Assembly: GCA_018985225.1 (NCBI GenBank) | Contig: JADGIF010000418.1 | Coordinates: 1-8,944, forward strand | Length of the DNA stretch: 8,944 nucleotides | Reading direction: 5' to 3' | Source of the DNA: Amoeboradix gromovi X-113 | Taxonomy: Eukaryota > Fungi > Sanchytriomycota | Shown: in pieces, positions 1 through 7,264 of the stretch | Layout of the letters: every line of letters starts with the position of its first letter | How positions within the stretch are numbered: position 1 is the stretch's first letter | Position numbers and translations under genes: made by a program | Notes under the pieces: model-generated | Databases searched by the model: none | Told to the model about the DNA's origin: nothing | The model's input: only the letters and a program-made list of their open reading frames with translations

Positions 1-672
1 CAAAGACTCGATGCATCGCCATGTATCAACTGTAAAATAGCGGAATAAACGTTACCCAGCGAATAAAATACGAGATTGGTCTCCCCATAGGACCAGAGCT
101 TCTCAATTCAATAAATGTCATTAACGCTCTTGTATTTCATCGTGTAGGTCGCTCGAGTAGCACGATTACTTTGCCGCAGTTGCTCTCAAGCAATAGCAAT
201 AGACGTAAAATGCATCGTATCTTCCCATATGCGACCATTAGTGTATTCCGTGTCTACCAGTGAATTGTTTGGATTTAACCTTTCTAATAGCGGAGCCTAG
301 GTCACATTTGTAAGTGATGAAAAGTAAGAATGGTGGTTTTCCGAAACCAGAGAAGTCTAGAAAATGAGTATAATGGAGCGCCAGAGCTCATTTAATGTCG
401 ATATTTAATTTTATTCAGTTAAACTCCATGACTGCATCATCGAGTGTACTGGCGAATATCACAAAAAAATTTAATTTAGATTTCTTACTATTTACTGCAG
501 TAAAACCCAAGTCAAACTCGAAACTTGCATATTGAGTTAACAACTGGTTAGACATTTGAGATAAATTATCCAGCCAATCCAATTGATTGATTATACTTGC
601 CTTAAATCTGATTGGAGGAAAAGCAATTGGTTTTCTATTAAAAACACAGTGTGCATTTTTTCTCATTGTATC

Positions 673-1917
673 ATGTCGTTCCAGTTTTTAGCACTATCTA
701 TAGCGCTCGCTTTAACTCCGCATGATGTTCTCTCTCAAGTCGCACAATCTGGGCCGGTGCAGTCATTGGTACATATGGTAGAAAATCAAAAGCAGGCATC
801 AATTCCAGATGCTGTACCTGCCCCTGCAGTGGCTTCTCCTTCAACTCCGCCGGCAGCACCACCTACTCCGGATTCGCATCCGAAAACAGCTGTACCATCA
901 CCTACAAGTCCATCACCTTCTGCAGTAGAAAGTGCTCAAAGTACCGCAACAGTATTAGAAGAGTCACCACCGACTACTAATAATAGCAGTTCAGGCTCAT
1001 CATCTGGTGAATCTGGTGAATCTGGAAATCAGTCCACATTTGGATCCACAACTATTATTCTCCCTGTGTGTGGCGCAGCCGTTGTTGCAGTAGGTGCTCT
1101 CTTTTTTCTTTACAGACACAAGAAAAACAAAAAGAGTGCAGGCACCCTAGAGACATATAGATCATTTAGTGACGATAATTCATCTTCAGGGCATGCTAGT
1201 GTTGGTTATCCAGAGCAAGTTCAAATAAACAAAGGTGTCGAATTTCTTGGCAGAAATACAGTAGAGACAGTTTCAACAATGGATTCAAGACCCCCAACTG
1301 AGTACAGCCAATACACTGCAAGTGAATACACCGCTACTGAGTACAATACAACGGGTTACAACACATCGGCATATACCTCACAATATGCATCTGAATATGA
1401 TGGTCAGGATGACAAAACCGAGTATTTAAATGATGCTGATGACAAGACGGAATATTCAAACGATGTTGATGACAGAACTGAATACTCAAACGATGTGGAT
1501 GACAAAACTGAGTATTCAAACGATGACAGGACCGAATATTCAAATGAGGATCCTCGTTTAACAGCATACACTGAATTCACAGATTACACCGTCGGTACAG
1601 GGTACACTGAGAACACTGAAGAGAGCGACAGACCTTCCTTACCTGAGGTACAAAGAATGGTAAAATTGAGCATTAGTGACATGTCACGTGGTAGTGAAAG
1701 TGATGCAGATACAATTGCAGCTGCGCAAAATAAAAGAAACAGTAATATGCAGTCTTATTACACCAATGACTCTCGTATAAGCGGGATTAGTGAATATAGT
1801 GAGTATAGCGAACTGTCAGTATATACTGAAGATACTTTAAGCACGTATAAACCAGACCCAAATTATTCTGTCTACACTGAAGACGAAAATGTTACAAATT
1901 CAATTAAATATCAATAA
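673..1917 (+). CDS. Single-pass type I membrane protein (414 aa): signal peptide, Pro/Ser/Thr-rich ectodomain, one TM helix, long acidic Tyr/Ser/Thr-rich cytoplasmic tail; Mid2/Wsc/Skg6-like topology, family not recognised
   Basis: Long ORF (track 583..1917). The first ATG is at 673 and gives MSFQFLALSIALALT (signal-like). It is followed by a PAPAVASPSTPP-type stalk, TM segment TIILPVCGAAVVAVGALFFLY (~1051-1113) and the basic stop-transfer RHKKNKK. The TAA stop overlaps AATAAA. Confidence 0.85.
   Translation: MSFQFLALSIALALTPHDVLSQVAQSGPVQSLVHMVENQKQASIPDAVPAPAVASPSTPPAAPPTPDSHPKTAVPSPTSPSPSAVESAQSTATVLEESPPTTNNSSSGSSSGESGESGNQSTFGSTTIILPVCGAAVVAVGALFFLYRHKKNKKSAGTLETYRSFSDDNSSSGHASVGYPEQVQINKGVEFLGRNTVETVSTMDSRPPTEYSQYTASEYTATEYNTTGYNTSAYTSQYASEYDGQDDKTEYLNDADDKTEYSNDVDDRTEYSNDVDDKTEYSNDDRTEYSNEDPRLTAYTEFTDYTVGTGYTENTEESDRPSLPEVQRMVKLSISDMSRGSESDADTIAAAQNKRNSNMQSYYTNDSRISGISEYSEYSELSVYTEDTLSTYKPDPNYSVYTEDENVTNSIKYQ
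1408..1551 (+). repeat. Coding tandem repeat, 5 units (30,30,30,24,30 nt) encoding DD(K/R)TEY(S/L)N(DV)
   Basis: Units start at 1408, 1438, 1468, 1498 and 1522: gatgacaaaaccgagtatttaaatgatgct / gatgacaagacggaatattcaaacgatgtt / gatgacagaactgaatactcaaacgatgtg / gatgacaaaactgagtattcaaac / gatgacaggaccgaatattcaaatgaggat. Confidence 0.95.
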
Positions 1918-1918
1918 A
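1913..1918 (+). terminator. Candidate AATAAA polyadenylation signal overlapping the stop codon
   Basis: cAA TAA A: the hexamer includes the TAA at 1915-1917, and the next ATG is only 36 nt after the stop. Confidence 0.45.
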
Positions 1919-1953
1919 AGTATACACTAAATTTATTATTGATTTTTGAAACT

Positions 1954-2760
1954 ATGCTTTCTACATTTAACAAAGGCTTGTTTAAAAATAAACTCGCATT
2001 GATCACAGGAGGCGGCTCTGGTATCAATCTAGGGATTACGAGAGCGCTAATGGAACTTGGATGTGACACAATCATTCTAAGTCGAAATCAAGAAAAGCTA
2101 GCAAAGGTGTCCAATATATTAGAAAAAGATACCCTTCAAAAATGCTACTACATAAGTGCAGATGTTCGTAATTTTGATGATTTGCAATTCAAAATTAGTG
2201 ACAAATTGACTAAATTGAACAAGCAGTTGGATTTCTTGTTTTGTGGCGCTGCTGGTAACTTTCTTGTTCCTTTTAAGGATATGTCTCCAAACGCCTTTAA
2301 AACCGTCCTAGAAATTGATTTATTTGGCACATTTCACACTGTAAAGGCTTGTTTACCGTACATCAAAAAGGATTCAAATAGCTGCATAGTTAACATATCT
2401 GCTACTTTACACTACATGAACATGCCATTGCAAGCTCATGCCTCTGCTGCCAAGGCCGCTATTGACAGTCTAACTATATCTTTAGCAAACGAGTTGGCAC
2501 CAATTAGGGTTGTTGCTATTGCTCCTGGACCTGTTGAAGGCACTGAAGGTCTAAGTAGATTACTACCGGCATCATTTAAAGAGGATAAATTAAAAGTGAT
2601 CCCATTAAAAAGATTTGGAAAAGCCGAAGATATTGCAGGGGCAGCTGTGTTTTTATGTTCGCCTGCTGCAAATTACATCACTGCAACAGTACTAGTTGTA
2701 GATGGTGGAAGCTGGAGAACTGATGGATTAATCTTTCAGTTGGCTAGATCCAAACTTTAA
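1954..2760 (+). CDS. SPS19: Peroxisomal 2,4-dienoyl-CoA reductase (SDR family, SPS19/DECR2-like), 268 aa
   Basis: Rossmann motif ALITGGGSGI; family-typical CGAAGNFL, MSPNAFKTVLEIDLFGTF, QAHASAAKAAID, IAPGPVEGTEG, IPLKRFG and LVVDGG; PTS1 tripeptide SKL directly before TAA. First ATG is at 1954 (the track start at 1939 is TTG). Confidence 0.95.
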   Translation: MLSTFNKGLFKNKLALITGGGSGINLGITRALMELGCDTIILSRNQEKLAKVSNILEKDTLQKCYYISADVRNFDDLQFKISDKLTKLNKQLDFLFCGAAGNFLVPFKDMSPNAFKTVLEIDLFGTFHTVKACLPYIKKDSNSCIVNISATLHYMNMPLQAHASAAKAAIDSLTISLANELAPIRVVAIAPGPVEGTEGLSRLLPASFKEDKLKVIPLKRFGKAEDIAGAAVFLCSPAANYITATVLVVDGGSWRTDGLIFQLARSKL

Positions 2761-2769
2761 GTAAATAAA
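2761..2769 (+). terminator. Candidate polyadenylation signal GTAAATAAA immediately after the stop
   Basis: AATAAA at 2764-2769. The same 9-mer lies just after the stop of the minus-strand gene ending at 4122. Confidence 0.45.
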
Positions 2770-2884
2770 TTAAGCCTCTTATTGCATCTCTTTTATGCGA
2801 TTAAAAAAGAAATCATGGCACATTTGCTATGAAAAATTACACGGAATGCCCCGTAAGATCGAAATATTAGCGCACAAATACATG

Positions 2885-3291
2885 TGGGACATCAAATATA
2901 AAAACTGGACTAACTTTTTGAAATAGTTTGAATCATTATTTCAGCTTTATTAATTTTATGGATTTAAGAGGCGAGTGGACATTAAGCTAGTTGTGGAGTT
3001 GACGAGTATAAAAGGAAAATAAATATTCTGCACAGCTATTCTCTTACTCTTTCATCCAATCTTTATTTCAAATAAAATATCACTATTACACTTCAAAGAA
3101 ATAGATAAGAGTAATGATGTTAGTATAACATTACAAAATGATTCTAGAAAAGAGTACCGTCTAAAAAGAGGAATACAATCCATGAAAGAGAATTGGTATA
3201 ATAGAAGAAGATCTTTTATTAATGATAGCATTTCCTCCTTATGGTGCACCTTTAAAAACGAGTTAGTCTAGTTTTTATATTTGGTGTCCCA
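2885..3291. repeat. Inverted repeat pair (31 bp, 29/31 identical) at 2885-2915 and 3261-3291; possible MITE/DNA-transposon relic or two related introns
   Basis: The + strand tgggacatcaaatataaaaactggactaact matches the reverse complement of 3261-3291, tgggacaccaaatataaaaactagactaact. No clear target-site duplication. Confidence 0.85.
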
Positions 3292-3347
3292 AATTATATT
3301 TAGAAACTGACTGGCCTAAGGTCTGAGTGGATGTTTCATTTCTAGTC

Positions 3348-3668
3348 CTAAAGTGTCATGCACATATATGAAATGCGCAGAACTAGCCCAGCCGAACTTA
3401 AGAATCTTTTGGAGCTTTCTGTTAAATTTTGTTTCGTTAAAATATCAGGAATTTCCAACGACAAACTAAGAATGCCGGTCGTTCCGTTGTATTGAGTGGT
3501 CACACATACAGTACTCTGAAGTGGAATTAAATATGGACGCATGTATTTGAAGTACATGTTCCTTACTTTCATATGGTCTCCATTCACTTTTAGCTGATAG
3601 TTCGGACATAAATTACTCTCCAAGTTGAACTTCATCAAAGTACCACACTTGACCACTAAATGCTTCAT
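3348..3668 (-). CDS. Hypothetical 106-aa protein with weak resemblance to an alpha-crystallin/HSP20-like domain
   Basis: ATG-started ORF. The segment QLKVNG...YFKYMRPYLIP...VTTQYNGTTGILSLSL loosely echoes the LxIxG...FxRxFxLP...AxYxxGVLxI pattern, by eye only. An overlapping frame is also stop-poor. Confidence 0.35.
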   Translation of the reverse strand: MKHLVVKCGTLMKFNLESNLCPNYQLKVNGDHMKVRNMYFKYMRPYLIPLQSTVCVTTQYNGTTGILSLSLEIPDILTKQNLTESSKRFLSSAGLVLRISYMCMTL

Positions 3669-4121
3669 AGCATTTAATTAAAATCTTCCTTCTTTCTTTT
3701 ACATCGGACCTCCATGTAAAGCCATTTCTGAGTGTTCAAGACTATCAACTGATTTCGCTTGGTGATCTCTTTAGACATGTCAAAATCTGGTTGCTATTAT
3801 TTGCAGATATTTTTCAAACATGAGAAGAACTTAAGACTCAGATGCTATGTGATTTGAAACGCTCTCTTAAAAAATTAAGGACATGATTACTGTAATATTA
3901 AATTAAAGCTTTTCTACTTATGGAAACGGCAGTATTTCACAGCATTTGACAAGTCGCTTATCATCGCTTTGGCTACAATGTATTTATATTCAATTGATAG
4001 CATTTGGAAAAATAATTTTGTAGCAATAAAAGTTCAAGCAAAAGCGATTTATTCAACTTTAAACAATGGCTGCTAGCAACCCATTACGTTAAAAACAACA
4101 AGTTTTTATTTACATTTAAGC

Positions 4122-4586
4122 TTACTGAATAGACAGCGTCATAGGACTTCTTATCATCTGTATCATGAATGCGGACAAAATTAGGGAACTGTTTTTGTTA
4201 CAATCAGGTTCCCAAACAACAAAGTAGGAACCAATCAGTGGGACCATAACGCCGACTAGAAGAACTATTGCCCTAATGCTAGATCTAAACCTTGCTTTCG
4301 GTGATTCAAAATAAAGGGATTGTCTACTCCATTTCACACTGAATAATCCAAAACAAAAACCAATAAAGGCAGAAAAGTAACTCATAATAATATAGACGAA
4401 CGTTAAAAAACACTCGCGATCAATCACGAACAGAGTTGCAAACAATAGAAATTCGCAGACCAGCAATGTCATAAACATAATGCAGAATTTAAGATTGGAT
4501 TGGAATAACTGTTTTTGCAAAATTGGGTATCTATCCGAGTAATCATCCCAGAGAGTCGCATCCATTTCTATATGATGGACGATCAT
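4122..4586 (-). CDS. Hypothetical polytopic membrane protein (~154 aa, 3-4 TM helices)
   Basis: First ATG at 4586 (MIVHHIEM; alternative start MDATLW). Hydrophobic segments FCIMFMTLLVCEFLLFATLFVI, FLTFVYIIMSYFSAFIGFCFGLF, AIVLLVGVMVPLIGSYFVVW and LILSAFMIQMI. AATAAA lies 11 nt after the TAA. Confidence 0.7.
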   Translation of the reverse strand: MIVHHIEMDATLWDDYSDRYPILQKQLFQSNLKFCIMFMTLLVCEFLLFATLFVIDRECFLTFVYIIMSYFSAFIGFCFGLFSVKWSRQSLYFESPKARFRSSIRAIVLLVGVMVPLIGSYFVVWEPDCNKNSSLILSAFMIQMIRSPMTLSIQ

Positions 4587-5640
4587 TCTGAGAATAAAAC
4601 AAAATTTGATTTTATTACTGGTGCTCACCAATCAGACGCTTTGCTTTAATGAAATTACTTCAAATGAGACTGGCAATCAGAAACTGTCTACTCCATTCAA
4701 TAGGGTTTTTATTGATGCACATAATGAATGTCCCAAATGAATCGTTACATCAAAGTACTTTTCTTGCCATTCAGCTTTCTACAATAACTTTTTACAAATT
4801 GCTCTATTTTTGAAGATGCATTCATGTCTCGATCAACTGCGAGAAAATTTGCGCATTGAATTTATTGAGAGATTAATAAATTGGCGAATATCAATGAGAT
4901 TAAAATGTCATTGGATGTGCCCCGTGTATTTATTCATTTTAATTAATATCAATTCTTTTACACACTCTTCACAAATCATAGAAGAAATGTCTGCACTATA
5001 GTTATTCCTATAGAAACAGCTGAGTATCGACTTACTCTGAAGTAAACTGGAGCATGATGAAGACGGGGTATCGACGAGCCGTAAAGGCGGGATGTGATGG
5101 CCGAAATTCATTCAATGCACCCCTTCAGTATCTAATTTCAATAAAGAAAATGAGCATCTAGAAATACTTGGCTCAGATCGAGTGGAGGCATTGAAATCCT
5201 GGAAAGACATTTGACAGATGAGGATGGTCGTGAAGGTCATCGTGAGTTTCAATGACAGTTCTCTTCTTCCACTTGATTCAAGTCTCTCACTTAATATACT
5301 TGCCAAGTCTTCCACTCGACCCATGTCTTCTACTTTATGCAATTCTTACAAATCTTGGAATCACACTTTTGAAAAGGAAGAAAGTTAATTTTGGAGATTC
5401 CAATACTCGGACCCACTTAAATGAACGAAGAATATTGGAAACGTAAGAGCTTGCTTAAGGAATCCTCTCTATACCAGAGTGTCAACTGGGAATGTAAAAG
5501 TAAAATGTCTAATCTGAAATCACACCATTAACTAAATACATTTCAAAAGTACTGAAACTTTGAATCGCCCTACTTGGCTGTTAACTTGAAATGCCAAACT
5601 AACTGCATGGTCAATTCATCCAGTTATACTGATGTCAATA

Positions 5641-5865
5641 TTAGATTGTCTTTTCAATGAAAATCAGCTCCAGCTCTTTGACGTGTTCTTGTACTAGATC
5701 AATATCTTTTGATGTCTTAACATCTACTGCTTGATTTAGAATTCCTTCTAATAAAAATATTCGTGTTACTAATGATTTTAATTTATCGCCATTACCTTTC
5801 ATATTTTGTGTTTGCATATGCATCAATCCTATTAAATTTACGACATCAATGACAAGATGTAACAT
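5641..5865 (-). CDS. Short hypothetical ORF or gene fragment (74 aa, helical-looking)
   Basis: ATG-started ORF with amphipathic-looking composition (LEGILNQAVDVKTSKDIDLVQEHVKELE); no motif recognised. Confidence 0.25.
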   Translation of the reverse strand: MLHLVIDVVNLIGLMHMQTQNMKGNGDKLKSLVTRIFLLEGILNQAVDVKTSKDIDLVQEHVKELELIFIEKTI

Positions 5866-6009
5866 TGGTGCCCGATTTAGACAAGTAAAAGTCCATAAGG
5901 TTTTTTAAAAGACAAGATAAAAATTTATAGCAACAGTTCATTCATTAAGCTTGGTTTGTTCTTGATCTTTCAATAACTATGTAAATAAAAATAACCCGCA
6001 TAACTTTTC

Positions 6010-6756
6010 TCAACTCGGCTTGTCTTTTTTGATATTTTTAATCATCTTCAATATGAATAGCATAGCAGTTAATGTCAAGATTGAACTAGCAATACTCCAC
6101 ATCACAGCAATGCTATTTGGATCAAATGTCGTTGAATTCAAATCAGTGTTCAATTCAGAAGCTACCGATGCTGCAGTAGTACTGGAAAAGGTAGCGACAG
6201 CTATTAACCTATGAGCAGACACTACTTTCCTCGTATTAATAGCTGTTCTTGTTAAGTCATTAGTATTATCAGCCATACTAACTGAATTATTCGTTGCTAC
6301 TGGATATAGGAAAAATTTGTGACAAATATTGAATTCGGAGAAGAATATCGTATAGTCGTCATAGCAACCTCGTTAAAAGTCCTGATTTCTGAGAAAATCG
6401 AGAATTTCCACAGAGAAACTAGCAATACTAGATGCTCTGTTACAGTGATTGTTCACGCTTTCACTACCCTGAAGCTGGATTGAATAAGGATGCAGATACT
6501 CGATGTGTATGTTCCTTGCTGCCATATGGTATCTATCTATCTCCAAATGACACTATGTACATGAATAGCTCTCCAAATTGGGTTTTTTAGAGTGCCTTAT
6601 ATTGTACATGCCATCGAATTGCCATGCTTAAGCCAGTTCCTCAACGTTGATGAATGTAAACTGCACCTGTTAGTTATTTCTTTAGAATTGATTTACCACT
6701 TGCGAAAAGGAAGAATATCAAGTATTTAAGGTATTGGAGAAATATGGAAAAGTCAT
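6010..6756 (-). pseudogene. Stop-interrupted relic of a single-pass membrane protein (Cys-containing ectodomain, Ser/Thr stalk, C-terminal TM plus basic tail)
   Basis: One frame runs 6666 to 6010 (219 codons) with only three internal stops: TAA 6628-6630, TAG 6553-6555, TAA 6373-6375. It ends in IAVMWSIASSILTLTAMLFIL-KMIKNIKK. An in-frame ATG sits at 6756 across a candidate intron, with a further TGA at 6718-6720. The 3' part (6010-6276) could be an intact small gene. Confidence 0.5.
6667..6696 (-). other. Candidate 30-nt spliceosomal intron
   Basis: Minus-strand GTAAATcaattctaaagaaataACTAACAG: GT donor and a CTAAC branch point fused to AG. Removing it deletes two in-frame TAA codons and keeps the frame. 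Confidence 0.45.
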
Positions 6757-7188
6757 GGAATTATACACAAATACATACAAATTCGCGATAAATGATTTAT
6801 TCAAGAAAACAATCGAGCTGTTTCTGTTACTTGTAACACTTCAGATGTTGTAGTCTTATTCACTGATATATACAAGGAACTGGTAAGTACTTTGCTGCTC
6901 TTTGATGTTTCTTGAATTTGTCCTTACATTCTGGAAGACGGCTCTGTACTGTCAAGAAATTATAGTTTTTGTGGGTAAGCGAAATAAATGCAATGACATT
7001 TGAATACCAATAGTAGTGAGCGATACTTTTGAATATTACTTTCATATCAACACTATGAAATGGTTGGAACTTCACATTTAGCAAAAATCCAGCAGCACCT
7101 AATCGAAAGCTGACAAAAAATCTCCCATTGTGTCAGCACTGCACGAAAATGCTGCTTCGAACACAGAAAGTATCCTGTGTGGTTTTAA

Positions 7189-7200
7189 CTTCACGTGAAG
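7189..7200. promoter_or_regulatory. Perfect 12-bp palindrome CTTCACGTGAAG containing an E-box (TCACGTGA)
   Basis: Seen directly, ending 64 nt upstream of ATG 7265. CACGTG is the canonical bHLH site; function here is inferred. Confidence 0.35.
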
Positions 7201-7264
7201 AACTTAGTTAGCAGCAGATATTCTGAATGGGCTACAACATCATTAAACTAACCCCTCAAAACGT

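Noticed and set aside
1-391. Possible minus-strand gene running off the left edge
   Set aside because: All three minus frames contain several stops and no recognisable motif; it cannot be supported without flanking sequence.
415-672. ORF 415..666 (-) and the 583-672 extension of the first gene
   Set aside because: The extension has a non-ATG start and precedes a good signal peptide. The minus ORF has no motif and covers the probable promoter region.
1003-1029. 9-nt tandem tctggtgaa repeat (SGE-SGE-SGN)
   Set aside because: Ordinary low-complexity linker slippage.
1408-1551. 30-nt periodicity as a CRISPR array
   Set aside because: No unique spacers, in-frame coding repeat, eukaryotic context.
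1334-2330. ORFs 1334..1567 (-) and 2148..2330 (-)
   Set aside because: Antisense shadows of real genes; the repeats in the first simply mirror the TEY repeat.
673-2760. Genome-wide TAA/TAG to Gln reassignment (ciliate or Amoeboaphelidium protococcarum type)
   Set aside because: SPS19 ends exactly at SKL-TAA, and read-through would bury the PTS1. The 682 sense codons of the two clear genes contain no internal TAR.
4321-4738. 13-bp direct match tgtctactccatt (4321, 4685) and 10-bp tgtcccaaat (4729) matching the inverted-repeat end
   Set aside because: Matches this short are expected by chance in about 9 kb of AT-rich DNA.
7075-7150. U4 snRNA, SRP RNA or hammerhead ribozyme resemblance
   Set aside because: Only short partial matches. 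The U4 kink-turn, SRP GNRA helix and CUGANGA core are missing or wrongly spaced.
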